This document shows positions 8,581 through 19,341 of a stretch of 64,000 nt of DNA, piece after piece. The DNA is from Alphaproteobacteria bacterium (GTDB lineage Bacteria; Pseudomonadota; Alphaproteobacteria; CALKHQ01): assembly GCA_965227515.1 (NCBI GenBank), contig CBDDFZ010000001.1, positions 1,568,001-1,632,000 on the forward strand, read 5' to 3'. The position numbers and the translations under genes are program-made. How positions within the stretch are numbered: position 1 is the stretch's first letter; each line of letters starts with the position of its first letter. The notes beneath the pieces are model-generated. The model ran no database searches. It worked only from the letters and a program-made list of their open reading frames with translations, and was not told the DNA's origin.

Positions 8581-9687
8581 ATGAACACCAAGCTTAGGCT
8601 GACAGCGACCGCACTGACGAGCGCGGTCATATTTGGGGGTGGCTTGTCGGCGTCGCAGGCCCAGGATTTCGAGCCCACGGGCACGCTCGAGGGCGAGGGC
8701 CGCGAGCTGGTGATGTTCACGATCACCGCCTCCAACGTGTATGGCGCGAACCAGATCGCCGGCGCGGAAGCCGAGGCCGAGCGCCTGGGCTACAATCTTA
8801 CGGTGTTCCAGAACAACTTCTCCCAGCCCGAGCAGGACCGCCAGGTGCAGCAGTACATCGCCAGCGGCGCCGAGCCGGCGGCGGTCATCTTCTGGCCGTG
8901 GGTTGCCGATGCGGCGATCAACGACGTGCGCCAGTTGGCGCAGATCGCGCCGGTCATCCAGCTGACCCAGGAGCCGAACGAGCAGTCCTGGCCCTACGTC
9001 CAGGCCTATTCCGGTGCCAACCAGATCCTGATCGGCCAGACCTTGGGCGAGATGATGATTCTGGCGCGCGAGGCCGCGCGCGAGGCCGGTATGGACTTCG
9101 AGACGCCGGAAGGCAACCTGCTGGTGTTCCAGCATCCCGAGGGCGAGAAGACCGGCACCGAGCGGATGAAGGGCTTCCTGGAAGTCACCGCCGACGAGCC
9201 GTTCAACATCATCCACACCGAATTCGGCGCCAACAGCCCGGAGACCGGCTACGAGATCGGCAGCCAGGTGATCCCGCGCTTCAAGGGCGAGTTCGACTTC
9301 CTGTTCGTGTCCAACCAGCAGGCGGCGAATGGCATCATCCGCGCCCTGATCGAGAACGACATTACCCCGGGTGAGGACGTCTACATCGTCTCCGGCGACT
9401 GCTCTGGCTCCCTGGACGCGGTGAAAGACGGCCAGACCTTCGGCACTGGAATTCAGCCGGCGGCGGTCGAGGGCGCGCTTGCCGTGCGCACCGCGGCACG
9501 CTTCATTGCCCATGGCATGATCGAGGGCGACGTGATCCAAATGGAAGTCGAGGCCGAGGCTCCGGAACTGGAGGACTCGCCGCCGGCGAAGTACAACTAC
9601 ATGCCGCACGCGCCGGCGATCGGCGCCGATGGCGTCGCCAATACCCTGATCTGGGGCTATTCGGCCGACGAGATCTGCGCCGGTTGA
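8581..9687 (+). CDS. Sugar-type (RbsB family) ABC substrate-binding protein
   Basis: GGAGG RBS, signal peptide, Peripla_BP_4-like motifs (ERMKGF, SGD, QP), heads an ABC operon. Confidence 0.85.
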   Translation: MNTKLRLTATALTSAVIFGGGLSASQAQDFEPTGTLEGEGRELVMFTITASNVYGANQIAGAEAEAERLGYNLTVFQNNFSQPEQDRQVQQYIASGAEPAAVIFWPWVADAAINDVRQLAQIAPVIQLTQEPNEQSWPYVQAYSGANQILIGQTLGEMMILAREAAREAGMDFETPEGNLLVFQHPEGEKTGTERMKGFLEVTADEPFNIIHTEFGANSPETGYEIGSQVIPRFKGEFDFLFVSNQQAANGIIRALIENDITPGEDVYIVSGDCSGSLDAVKDGQTFGTGIQPAAVEGALAVRTAARFIAHGMIEGDVIQMEVEAEAPELEDSPPAKYNYMPHAPAIGADGVANTLIWGYSADEICAG

Positions 9688-9722
9688 TGCCGCGCCGCGT
9701 GTGATCGCGGCGACAGGATAGC

Positions 9723-11258
9723 GTGAGTATGCAGACCGATCTGGACGCGCCGCGCTCTGGGCTCCCGAACTCCGGGCTCAGGGTGCGGCGTCTTTCCAAA
9801 CGCTACGGCAATGTGCAGGCCCTGGCCGAGGTCGACTTCGAGCTCAGGCCCGGCGAGGTGATGGCGCTGTTGGGCGAGAACGGCGCCGGCAAGTCGACGC
9901 TGGTGAAGATCCTGTCCGGGCTGGTCCAGCCCGACAGCGGCAGCATCGAGATCGATGGCACGCCGACCACGCTTTATCCCAGCGCGCGGTCCCAGGATGC
10001 CGGGGTGGCGGTCGTCCACCAGGAATACAGTTCGGTCCCGACGCTGAGCGTCGCGGAGAATTTGGTCCTCGGCCAGAAGGGCGTGTCGGCGCTGTGGCTG
10101 CCCCAACGCCTGAACGCCAACGCGCGCAAACTGCTGCAGACGGTGGGCCTGGAGCACATCAATCCGCGGACGCCGGTGGAGCGCCTCAGCGTCGCCGAGA
10201 TGCAGTTGCTGGAGATCGCCCGCCTGCTGGTGCGTGACGCCCGCATCCTGATCTTCGACGAACCGACGGCGGCGCTGGCCGACAAGGAGATCGAGCGCGT
10301 ACTGGCGGTGATCAAGCGGCTTTCGGCGGAGGGGCGCAGCGTCATCTACGTCACCCACCGCCTGCCCGAGGTGTTTCGCCTGGCCGACCGGGTGACGGTG
10401 TTCCGCAACGGCCGCAGCCTGCCGGCGCGCGCCGCCAGCGAGCTCGACGTCGATGCCGTCATCTCGATGATGCTGGGCCGCGACCTGGAGACCATGTTTC
10501 CGGCCCACGGCACGGCGACGGCGCAGACCCTGTTGCAGGTGCAAGCGCTGGAGGCGCCGGGCCTGGCGGCCCCAGTCGACTTCCAGGTGCGGGCCGGCGA
10601 GATCGTCGGCCTGACCGGACAGCTCGGCAGCGGCGCCGACGCGGTGGTGAAGGCGCTGGCCGGCATGTCGCCGCCACGAGGGGGCCAGATCGTGCTCGAC
10701 GGCCAGCAGGTGGCGCTGACCAGCCGCGCGTCCGCCCTGAAGCACGGCATCGCCTATTGCTCGGCCGACCGCAAACGCGACGGCATCTTTGCCGAGCGCT
10801 CGATCCGCGAGAACCTGTCCTCGCCATGGGTGCGCGCGGTGGCGCCGAGCGGCTTCATCTCCGCGCGCGGCGAGACGGCGCGGGCCACCGACATCGCGAA
10901 ACGGTTCGCCATCGACGTCAAGCGCCTGGGGGCCGCGGTCGGCGCGCTCAGCGGCGGCAACCAGCAGAAGGTGGCGGTCGGCAAGTGGCTGGGGGCGGAG
11001 CCGCGCGTGATGCTGCTTGAAGAGCCGACCCGCGGCGTCGACATCGGTGCGCGCGCGGAGATCTACCAGCGCCTGCGCGACCTGTGCCGGTCGGGCCTCG
11101 GCATCGTCATTGCCAGCTCCGACACCGCCGAGGTGCTCGGCCTTTCCGACACCATTGCCACGTTCTACCGTGGGCGGATGACGGCCATCCGGGCCCATGA
11201 CGATTGGACCGAGGACAGCCTCGTGCGCGAGGTGATGCACCAGGAGGCGGCCGCTTGA
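9723..11258 (+). CDS. Sugar ABC transporter ATP-binding protein (two NBDs)
   Basis: GENGAGKS, FDEPT, LSGGNQQK, EEPTRGVD. Confidence 0.95.
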   Translation: MSMQTDLDAPRSGLPNSGLRVRRLSKRYGNVQALAEVDFELRPGEVMALLGENGAGKSTLVKILSGLVQPDSGSIEIDGTPTTLYPSARSQDAGVAVVHQEYSSVPTLSVAENLVLGQKGVSALWLPQRLNANARKLLQTVGLEHINPRTPVERLSVAEMQLLEIARLLVRDARILIFDEPTAALADKEIERVLAVIKRLSAEGRSVIYVTHRLPEVFRLADRVTVFRNGRSLPARAASELDVDAVISMMLGRDLETMFPAHGTATAQTLLQVQALEAPGLAAPVDFQVRAGEIVGLTGQLGSGADAVVKALAGMSPPRGGQIVLDGQQVALTSRASALKHGIAYCSADRKRDGIFAERSIRENLSSPWVRAVAPSGFISARGETARATDIAKRFAIDVKRLGAAVGALSGGNQQKVAVGKWLGAEPRVMLLEEPTRGVDIGARAEIYQRLRDLCRSGLGIVIASSDTAEVLGLSDTIATFYRGRMTAIRAHDDWTEDSLVREVMHQEAAA

Positions 11259-12250
11259 GCGAGCCGGTCCGCGACGCCACGCTGGACATGCCGCCGGCCC
11301 AGGCTGCCGACCGCGGCATGCCGGACTGGCTGCCGTTCGCCGCGATCCTGGGCGTGGTCGCGGTCGCGGTTGTCGTCGCCATCATCGTCACGCCGAACTT
11401 CGCCACCGTCGACAATGCGCGCGCGATCCTGCGCAACGCCTCCATCGTCGGCATCATCGCGGTGGCGATGACCCCGATCACGCTGTCGGGCAACTTCGTG
11501 TCGCTCGCCATCTCGCAGTCGGCGATGCTGGCGATGGTCTCGTTCGTCGCCCTGGTCGGCGACGGCTGGCCGCAGGCGCTGGCGATCCCGGTGGTGATCG
11601 CCGGCCTTGTCGTGGTCGGCGTGCTGCAGGGCTTCGTCGTGGCCGCCGGCCTCAACCCGATCATCACCACGCTGGCGGCCGGCGCGATCATCTTCGGCGT
11701 GGTGTCGGAGGCGACGGGCGGCGGCATCGTGCGGTCCGGCGACGTCACCCTGACCTGGGGCCGCGAGACGCTGGCCGGCATCCCGATCCAGGTGCTGGTG
11801 TTCCTGATCTTCACCGCTCTCGTCAGCGTGCTGATGTCGCGTACCGTCACCGGGCGGGAGACCACCTTGGTCGGCGCCAATCGCGCGACCGCGCGGATCA
11901 GCGGCATCTCCGCCACCCGGGTCACCGTGGTTGCGTTCGCCATCTTCTCGGTCGGGCTCGCCATTGCCGGCATCCTGAACGGGGCGGCGTTCAGTCAGGC
12001 GACCGCGAACTCGTTCAGCGATGCCACCATCGACGTGATCGCCGCCCTTCTGGTCGGCGGCACCGCGATCCAAGGCGGGCGCGGCTCACCGTTGCGCTCG
12101 GCCGGCGGCGCGATCCTGATCGCGGTGATCTCCAACATGATGGTGCTGAACGATTTCTCGACCGGCGGCCGCCTCGCCATCCAGGGTGCCGTCGTGGTGG
12201 TCGTCGTCGTGCTGATGGAAATCGTGCGACGCAGAAGCGGGGTCCGGTGA
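11255..12250 (+). CDS. Sugar ABC permease (RbsC type)
   Basis: Multiple TM helices, GANRATARISGI, IAALLVGGT. Confidence 0.9.
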   Translation: MSEPVRDATLDMPPAQAADRGMPDWLPFAAILGVVAVAVVVAIIVTPNFATVDNARAILRNASIVGIIAVAMTPITLSGNFVSLAISQSAMLAMVSFVALVGDGWPQALAIPVVIAGLVVVGVLQGFVVAAGLNPIITTLAAGAIIFGVVSEATGGGIVRSGDVTLTWGRETLAGIPIQVLVFLIFTALVSVLMSRTVTGRETTLVGANRATARISGISATRVTVVAFAIFSVGLAIAGILNGAAFSQATANSFSDATIDVIAALLVGGTAIQGGRGSPLRSAGGAILIAVISNMMVLNDFSTGGRLAIQGAVVVVVVVLMEIVRRRSGVR

Positions 12251-13251
12251 TGATGCGCGCCGTTGCCAACGCCATGCGGCCCTATGCGCTGCCGCTGCTG
12301 ATCCTGATCCTGACCTGGATCGTCATCGCCGCGATCACCCCCAGCTTCCGTGGCACCGGTAGCATCTACGCGGTGCTGGAGGGTTTCCCGCTGGTCGGCC
12401 TGGTGGCGCTGGGCCTTTCGATCACCATCGTTGCCGGCGAGCTCGACCTTTCCGTCGGGTCGATGGCGGCACTCGCGGCGGTGGTCGCTGTGCTGACGTC
12501 GCCGCTCGGCCTCATCGGCTGCCTCGCGGTGGCGACGCTGACCGGCGTGGTGCTGGGCGCGCTGCAGGGCACGCTGATCGGCTGGTTCCGCATCAACTCG
12601 CTGGTGTTCACCATCGGCACGCTGATCCTGCTGCGCGGGCTCACCTACATTTTCAGCGGGCATGCCCCGATCATCATCCAGAACATCGAGATCACCGACC
12701 CGCTGCTGGCCCGCTACTGGGTGTTCTCGTTCTCCAGCATCACCACCCTGGCGGTGTTCCTGCTCGCCGCCCTGTTCCTGACATTCACGCGCTGGGGGCG
12801 GGAGATCTATGCCATCGGCGGGGCGCGCAACGAGGCGATCGCGGCCGGCGTGCCGCGCGTGCGGCCGCTGACCATCAGCTTCGCCTGTTCCGCCGGCTGC
12901 GCCAGCCTGGCCGGTGCGCTCGCCGCCACACGCGGCGGCAGTGCCGCACCGCAGAATTATGAGGACCTGCTGCTCAGCGCGGCGGCGGCGGCGCTGCTCG
13001 GCGGTATCAGCCTCTATGGCGGGCGCGGCACCGTGCTCAACGTGATCCTGGGCGTCGCCGTGCTGTCGGTGGTCGGCGCCGGTCTCGCGGCGCGCGGCAG
13101 TGCCGCCTCCCTGGTGCAACTGGTCACCGGCGCTCTGCTGCTGACGATCATCGCCTTTGAATTCGCCACCGGGCGGCTGAGGCTCAGCGAGACGGTATTC
13201 GGCCGCATCGTGCCGAAACGTCCGCGCGCTTCCATAGATCCGGGTGGCTGA
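12247..13251 (+). CDS. Sugar ABC permease (RbsC type)
   Basis: GELDLSVGS, YAIGG..A...GV, LLGGISLYGGRG. Confidence 0.9.
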   Translation: MMMRAVANAMRPYALPLLILILTWIVIAAITPSFRGTGSIYAVLEGFPLVGLVALGLSITIVAGELDLSVGSMAALAAVVAVLTSPLGLIGCLAVATLTGVVLGALQGTLIGWFRINSLVFTIGTLILLRGLTYIFSGHAPIIIQNIEITDPLLARYWVFSFSSITTLAVFLLAALFLTFTRWGREIYAIGGARNEAIAAGVPRVRPLTISFACSAGCASLAGALAATRGGSAAPQNYEDLLLSAAAAALLGGISLYGGRGTVLNVILGVAVLSVVGAGLAARGSAASLVQLVTGALLLTIIAFEFATGRLRLSETVFGRIVPKRPRASIDPGG

Positions 13252-13289
13252 CCAACCGATATGCGCATTTCACGGAAAGGACGGACACG

Positions 13290-14039
13290 ATGACGGGACG
13301 TTTGGCCGGCAAGACGGCAATGGTGACGGGGGCGTCGACCGGCATCGGCTCGGCGACCGCGCGGCTGATGGTCGACGAGGGCGCGCACGTGTTCGCCGTC
13401 GACATCAAGGCGCCGGGCGACGACCTGGCCGCCAAGCTGGACGCACACGGCGACGTGCTGAAGTTCGACACGCTGGATATCCGCAGCGAGCAGGCCTGGG
13501 CCGACGGGCTCGCCAAGTGCGTGGCCGCGTTCGGCCATCCCCATGTGTTGATCAACAATGCCGGCGCGCTCGGCTCCGGCAAGCCGGTGCACGAGGAGAG
13601 CGTGGAGGCGATGACCCGCGCCTTCGAGAGCAACGTCATCGGCATGTTCCTGGGCATGAAGACGGTGGTCCCCGGCATGATCGCGGCCGGCGGCGGCGCC
13701 ATCGTCAACGTGTCCTCGGTCTGGGGCTGGTCGGGTGTCGCCAACAACGCCGCCTACCAGACCGCGAAGGGGGCGGCGGTCATGCTGACCAAGAACGCCG
13801 GCGTCACCTACGCGCCGCACAACATCCGAGTGAACTGCGTGCTGCCGGGCTATGTCGACACCCCGATGTCGCGCGGGGTGACGCCCGACGAGGCCAAGAT
13901 GCTGGTCGACTTCACGCCGCTCGGCCGCCGGGCGGAGCCGCATGAGATCGCACCGATGATGGTGTTCCTGGCCTCCGACGAGGCGAGTTTCGTGGCCGCC
14001 GGCAACTACATGGTCGACGGCGGGATGGCCGCCCTATGA
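13290..14039 (+). CDS. Short-chain dehydrogenase/reductase
   Basis: TGASTGIG, NNAG, YQTAK catalytic motif. Confidence 0.95.
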   Translation: MTGRLAGKTAMVTGASTGIGSATARLMVDEGAHVFAVDIKAPGDDLAAKLDAHGDVLKFDTLDIRSEQAWADGLAKCVAAFGHPHVLINNAGALGSGKPVHEESVEAMTRAFESNVIGMFLGMKTVVPGMIAAGGGAIVNVSSVWGWSGVANNAAYQTAKGAAVMLTKNAGVTYAPHNIRVNCVLPGYVDTPMSRGVTPDEAKMLVDFTPLGRRAEPHEIAPMMVFLASDEASFVAAGNYMVDGGMAAL

Positions 14040-15049
14040 CGACAGAGGTCCACAGATTCGAGCTGGGCGACTTCGCGCTCGATGCCGGCGTCACCCTGCC
14101 CGGCGCGCACGTCGCCTATGCCACTTACGGCACGCTGAACGACGCGCGCGACAACGCGATCGTGTTCCCGACCTGGTTCGTCGGCAGCCACGCCGACGTG
14201 GAATGGCTGATCGGTGACGGCCAGCCCTTGGACACGTCCAAGTACTTCGTCGTCGTGCCCAGCATGTTTGGCAATGGGCTGTCGTCGTCGCCCTCCAACA
14301 CGCCGGTACCGTTCGACCGTGCGCGCTTCCCAGCGATCACCGTGCAGGACAACGTGCGCGCCCAACACCGGCTGATGACCGAGGTGTTCGACGTGGCCAA
14401 GATCCAGCTCGCCATCGGCGGGTCGATGGGCGCGTTCCAGGCCTATCAGTGGGGGTTGGCGCATCCCGACCTTGTCGCGCGGATCGCGCCCTGTTGCGGC
14501 GCGGCGCGCTGCAGCCCGCACTGCTACGTGTTCCTGGAGGGCGCGAAGGCGGCGCTGCTGGCCGATCCGGTCTATGCCGGCGGCGACTACGAGAAGACGC
14601 CCGAGGTCGGCTTGCGTGCGCTGGGCCGGGTCTGGGCCGGATGGGCGCTGTCGCAGGCGTTCTATCGCGACCGGCTGCACAGCGTGATGGGCTTCGACGA
14701 CCTGGATGCCTTCCTGTCGGATTTCTGGGAGGCGTTCTGGGTCGGCCTCGACGCCAACGACCTGCTGAGCCAGCTCCACACCTGGCAGACCGCCGACATC
14801 TCGCAAACCCCCGGCTATGACGGCAATCTGGTGCGCGCGCTGGGCGACATTCGCGCCAAGGCGGTGCTCAGCCCCGGCGAGAAGGACCTCTATTTCCCGC
14901 CCGAGGACATGGGCTGGGAAGCCGAGAAGATGCAAGATGCCGAGCTACGCACGATCCCGGGCGTGTGGGGCCATTTCTCCGAGGTCGGCATCGATGCCGC
15001 GTGCAACGAATATCTCGGCGCGTCGATCCGCGGCCTGCTGGCCCGCTGA
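14036..15049 (+). CDS. Alpha/beta hydrolase, homoserine O-acetyltransferase-like
   Basis: YATYGTLN, GNGLSSSPSN, GGSMG nucleophile elbow, DLYFPP, WGH. Confidence 0.85.
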   Translation: MTTEVHRFELGDFALDAGVTLPGAHVAYATYGTLNDARDNAIVFPTWFVGSHADVEWLIGDGQPLDTSKYFVVVPSMFGNGLSSSPSNTPVPFDRARFPAITVQDNVRAQHRLMTEVFDVAKIQLAIGGSMGAFQAYQWGLAHPDLVARIAPCCGAARCSPHCYVFLEGAKAALLADPVYAGGDYEKTPEVGLRALGRVWAGWALSQAFYRDRLHSVMGFDDLDAFLSDFWEAFWVGLDANDLLSQLHTWQTADISQTPGYDGNLVRALGDIRAKAVLSPGEKDLYFPPEDMGWEAEKMQDAELRTIPGVWGHFSEVGIDAACNEYLGASIRGLLAR

Positions 15050-15121
15050 GCGCTTCGCGCACGACGCCTGCGACCTGTTGCACCAAGCGGTGTGAAACCG
15101 ATTGCAGGGGCGCTGGCCTGC

Positions 15122-15164
15122 TTGACACTGCTCCGCGCCGCTCCCTATTATCAAAAATAAAGAC
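15122..15164 (+). promoter_or_regulatory. sigma70-like promoter with TAAAGA direct-repeat site
   Basis: TTGACA-N18-TATTAT followed by CAAAAATAAAGA. Confidence 0.6.
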
Positions 15165-15191
15165 CATTGATCTTTTGGAGAAGCGGCCGCG

Positions 15192-16706
15192 ATGGCGCTG
15201 ATGACCGTTCCCCGCCACGACGATGTGGAAATGCGCGCGTTCGGCCATCATGTCGGCGGCAGCGACCTGTCGCCGGACGGCGACCGGTTCCAGTCCATCA
15301 ACCCCACCACCGGGCGGCCGTGGGCCGATTTCCCGTTGGGCGACCGGTCGGTCGTGGACCAGGCGGTGGCGGCGGCGCGGGATGCGTTCGAGCGCGGCCC
15401 GTGGGCGGAGATGTCGCCGACCCGGCGCGGCCGGCTGCTGATGCGCTGGGGCGATGCGATCGCGGCGGATGCCGAGCGGATCGGCCGCCTGGAGTCGATG
15501 CAGAACGGCAAGCTGCCGGGCGAGATGATCCTGCAGGCCCGCATCGTTGCTGACTGGCTCTATTACTATGGCGGGCTCGCCGACAAGATTGAGGGTCGGG
15601 TCATCCCGCTCGACCGCACGTCGGTGCTCAACTACACGCGGCGCGAGCCGCTGGGCGTGGTGGCGGCGATCACGCCGTGGAACTCGCCGCTGTTCCTCAC
15701 CATCATGGCAGTGGCGCCGGCGCTGGCCGCCGGCAATACGGTGGTGATCAAGCCGTCGGAAGTGACCCCGGCGGGCCCGCTGGAGGCGGCGCGGCTGGCG
15801 GAGAGCGCCGGGATCCCGCCCGGTGTGGTCAATGTCGTGACCGGCGACCGCGCGACCGGCGAGGCACTGGTCGACCACCCCGACGTGGCCAAGATCGCGT
15901 TCACTGGCGGCGTCAACGCGGGCCGCGCCATCGCGGCGCGGGCCGGCGAGCGGCTGGCCCATGTGACGCTGGAGCTGGGCGGCAAGAGCGCCAATATCGT
16001 CTTTGCCGATGCGGCACTGGAGCAGGCCAAGGCCGGCCTGCTCGCCGGCATCTTCGCGGCGGCGGGCCAGACCTGTGTCGCGGGATCGCGCGCGCTGGTC
16101 CACCGCAGCCTCTATGCCGGGCTGGTCGACTGGCTGGCCGCGCAGGCGCGGGGCATCAGGATCGGCGATCCGTTCGAGGACTCGACCCAGATGGGTCCGG
16201 TGGCGACCGCCGCCCAACTGGAAAAGAACCTCAGCATGGTGGCGCGCGCGGCCAATGACGGCGCGCAGGTCATTGCCGGCGGCGCCCGCGCCGACGTCGC
16301 CGGGTTCCCGGACGGCTTCTTCTTCCAGCCGACGGTGCTGACCGAGGTCGCGCCGGAAAGCTTCATCGCCCAGAACGAGGTGTTCGGGCCGGTGATGGCG
16401 GTGATCCCGTTCGACGACGAGGACCAGGCGGTCGCGATTGCGAACACGACCGAGTTCGGGTTGGCGGCCGGCGTTTGGACCCGCGACATCAACCGCGCCC
16501 ACCGCGTCGCGGCGCGGCTGCGCGCCGGCACCGTCTGGGTCAATACCTACCGCGCCATGACATTCAACTCGCCGTTCGGCGGCTACAAGCAGTCGGGCAT
16601 CGGCCGCCAGAACGGCATCGAGGCGATGGATGCCTATCTGCAGACCAAGAGCGTGTGGTGCGAGATGAGCGACGAGGTGCAGAACCCGTTCGTCATGCGC
16701 GGGTGA
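15192..16706 (+). CDS. Aldehyde dehydrogenase
   Basis: ITPWN, KPSE, FTGG, LELGGKS, GQTC, EVFGPV, PFGGYKQSG. Confidence 0.95.
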   Translation: MALMTVPRHDDVEMRAFGHHVGGSDLSPDGDRFQSINPTTGRPWADFPLGDRSVVDQAVAAARDAFERGPWAEMSPTRRGRLLMRWGDAIAADAERIGRLESMQNGKLPGEMILQARIVADWLYYYGGLADKIEGRVIPLDRTSVLNYTRREPLGVVAAITPWNSPLFLTIMAVAPALAAGNTVVIKPSEVTPAGPLEAARLAESAGIPPGVVNVVTGDRATGEALVDHPDVAKIAFTGGVNAGRAIAARAGERLAHVTLELGGKSANIVFADAALEQAKAGLLAGIFAAAGQTCVAGSRALVHRSLYAGLVDWLAAQARGIRIGDPFEDSTQMGPVATAAQLEKNLSMVARAANDGAQVIAGGARADVAGFPDGFFFQPTVLTEVAPESFIAQNEVFGPVMAVIPFDDEDQAVAIANTTEFGLAAGVWTRDINRAHRVAARLRAGTVWVNTYRAMTFNSPFGGYKQSGIGRQNGIEAMDAYLQTKSVWCEMSDEVQNPFVMRG

Positions 16707-16740
16707 GCACACACATGACCACGCCCAGGCACAAGACCCC

Positions 16741-18105
16741 ATGATCGCATCCAGCCATGCCGGCGGCGCCGCCGCCACCACCCAGCAACGGGCGCGGAAG
16801 TACCTGCGGCACCTGATCGTCGACTTCGAGGCGTTCGAGAAGGACTATCCGGGCCAATTCCCGCGGGCGATCACGGCGGGCGACGGTGCCTACCTGATCG
16901 ACGAGCACGGCAACCGGCTGCTCGACGCCGGCACCCACCTGGGCGCCTGCCAGATCGGCCACGGCCGCGCCGACGTTGCCGAGGCGATTGCCGAGCAGGT
17001 GCGGACGCTGGAGTTCGTGGCGCTGGACGGCGGGGTGACGCACCCGGCCGCGGTCGACCTGGCCGAGCGCCTGTCGGGCATTGCCGCCTGCGACGACGCC
17101 AACATCTCGTTCACCTCCAGCGGCAGCGAGGCGAACGAGCTTGCGGTCAAGATCGCGCGCAACTACCACGCGCGCCATGGCGAGCCTGAACGGGTGAAGG
17201 TGTTCTCCCGCCAGGGCTCCTATCACGGATGGACTTATGCCGGGCTCGCCGCCACCGGCATGAGCGTGTTCAAGAACGGCTTCGGCGAGCTCGCGCCCGG
17301 GTTTTACCAGGCCACGCAGCCCTCCCCCCGACGTTGTCGCCATTGCGGCGCGAACGTCGCCTGTACCCTCGCGTGCCTGGATGACCTGGAGTCCGCGATC
17401 CTCGCCGAAGACCCGTCGACGGTTGCCGCGGTCATCGCCGAGCCGGTGGCGATACCGCAGGCGGTGAAGGTGCCGCACGCGGACTATTTCCGACGCTTGC
17501 GCCGGTTCTGCGACGTGCACGGCATACTGCTGATCATCGACGAGGTGGTGTGCGGGTTCGGGCGCACCGGCAAGATGTTCGGCAGCGAGCATTTCGGCGT
17601 GCGCGCCGACATGGTGACCTACGCCAAGGGGCTGACCAGCGGCTACATCCCGATGGGCGCGGTCGCGGTGTCCGGCAAGGTCAATGCCGCGTTCGCCGCC
17701 AGCCCGCTGGTCCACCTCAACACCTATGCCGGCCATCCGGTTGCCTGCGCGGCGGCCCAGGCGTGCCTGGACATCATGCGCGACGAGGCCCTGGTGGAGA
17801 ACGCCGCGGCGATGAAGCATGTGCTGCGCCGCGAGCTGGAGCGGATGAGCCAGGCGGTGCCGCGGGTGCAGGAAATCTCGGTGATCGGGCTGCTGTCCAG
17901 CGTGGTGCTGGATATCGCCGACATCGGCGACCGCGACGCTTTGATTCGCCAGATGCGCTATCACGCGTATAACAACGGGCTGCTGGCCAGATTCGCCAAG
18001 GACGCCGACGAGATGAGCGTCCACTTCTACCCGGCGCTGACGGTCAACGAGGACGACATCATCATTGGCGTCGCCGCGCTGGAGCGCACCCTGCGCACCA
18101 TCTGA
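16741..18105 (+). CDS. Class III PLP aminotransferase
   Basis: SGSEANE, SYHG, LIIDEVVCGFGRTG, AKGLTSGY. Confidence 0.93.
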   Translation: MIASSHAGGAAATTQQRARKYLRHLIVDFEAFEKDYPGQFPRAITAGDGAYLIDEHGNRLLDAGTHLGACQIGHGRADVAEAIAEQVRTLEFVALDGGVTHPAAVDLAERLSGIAACDDANISFTSSGSEANELAVKIARNYHARHGEPERVKVFSRQGSYHGWTYAGLAATGMSVFKNGFGELAPGFYQATQPSPRRCRHCGANVACTLACLDDLESAILAEDPSTVAAVIAEPVAIPQAVKVPHADYFRRLRRFCDVHGILLIIDEVVCGFGRTGKMFGSEHFGVRADMVTYAKGLTSGYIPMGAVAVSGKVNAAFAASPLVHLNTYAGHPVACAAAQACLDIMRDEALVENAAAMKHVLRRELERMSQAVPRVQEISVIGLLSSVVLDIADIGDRDALIRQMRYHAYNNGLLARFAKDADEMSVHFYPALTVNEDDIIIGVAALERTLRTI

Positions 18106-18158
18106 CCCGGTCCGCGCCCGTATCATCTGAAAGCCTGTCTCACCTGAAAGGTTGCTCC

Positions 18159-19328
18159 ATGACCCTGCGCATCCGCGAGGTTCGAGAGGCGTCCATCAAG
18201 CTGCACGCCGACATTCAGAACGCCGTCGTCAGCTTCGACGAGCATGACGTCTCGCTGGTCGCCGTCATCAGCGATGCCGTGCGCGACGGCCGCCCGGTCG
18301 TCGGCCTGGCGTTCAATTCGATCGGGCGTTTCGCCCAGGGCGGGCTGATGCGCGAGCGCTTCATCCCGCGGCTGCTTGCGGCCGATCCGGCCGGGTTGTG
18401 CGACGAGACCGGCGAGGCATTCGACACCGCCGCCGCCAGGGCCGCGATGATGCGCAACGAGAAGCCGGGCGGGCATGGCGACCGGGCCGGCGCGGTGGCG
18501 GCGCTGGAACTGGCGCTGTGGGACGCCAATGCCAAGCTCAAGGGCGTGCCGGCGCACCGGCTGATCTCGGATACCTTTGGTGTCGAAGGCAGCGATGCGG
18601 TGCCGGTCTACGCGGCCGGCGGCTACTATGCGGCGGGCGACGACTTCCAGGCGCTGACCGACGAGATGCGCGGCTACGCCGACAGGGGCTACACCTATTT
18701 CAAGATGAAGATCGGCGGCGCCGACCTCGCCACCGACATGAAGCGGATCGAGGCCGCGCTGGCCGGCGTGCCGTCGGCCGACCGCCTGGCGGTCGATGCG
18801 AATGGCCGCTTCGATTTGGCGACAGCACTCGCCTACGGCCGCGAGATGAGCGGCTACGGGCTGCGCTGGTACGAGGAGCCGGGCGACCCTCTGGACTATG
18901 CCCTCAACCGCAGCGTGGTGGAGGCGTATCCGCACCCGGTCTCTACCGGCGAGAACCTGTTCTCCCGCCAGGACGTTCGCAACCTGGTGCTGTTCGGCGG
19001 CATGCGCCCCGGCATCGACTACCTGCAGATGGACCCGGGCCTGGGCTACGGGCTGGGCGAGTACGCCGGCATGGTGGACGACATCGTCGAGCATGGGTTC
19101 GACCGCCGCCAGGTGCACCCGCATGGCGGCCACGTCATCGGGCTGCATGTCGCGGTCGGCCTGGGGCTCGGGGGCTGCGAGGCCTATCCCGGCGTGTTCC
19201 AGCCGTTCGGCGGCTATCCGGCGGCCTGTGCGGTCGGCGACGGCACCGTGGCCCCGACCGACGCACCCGGTTTCGGCATCGAGGAAAAGGTCGAGCTACA
19301 GCCGCACGTGAAAGCCTTATTGGACTAA
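18159..19328 (+). CDS. Enolase superfamily dehydratase, D-tartrate dehydratase (TarD)-like subgroup
   Basis: NEKPGGHG, YAAGGYY, KMKIGG, DANG, WYEE.GDPLDY, TGENLFS, PHGGH as recalled for the TarD family; substrate not established. Confidence 0.85.
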   Translation: MTLRIREVREASIKLHADIQNAVVSFDEHDVSLVAVISDAVRDGRPVVGLAFNSIGRFAQGGLMRERFIPRLLAADPAGLCDETGEAFDTAAARAAMMRNEKPGGHGDRAGAVAALELALWDANAKLKGVPAHRLISDTFGVEGSDAVPVYAAGGYYAAGDDFQALTDEMRGYADRGYTYFKMKIGGADLATDMKRIEAALAGVPSADRLAVDANGRFDLATALAYGREMSGYGLRWYEEPGDPLDYALNRSVVEAYPHPVSTGENLFSRQDVRNLVLFGGMRPGIDYLQMDPGLGYGLGEYAGMVDDIVEHGFDRRQVHPHGGHVIGLHVAVGLGLGGCEAYPGVFQPFGGYPAACAVGDGTVAPTDAPGFGIEEKVELQPHVKALLD

Positions 19329-19341
19329 CAGGAAATCGCGG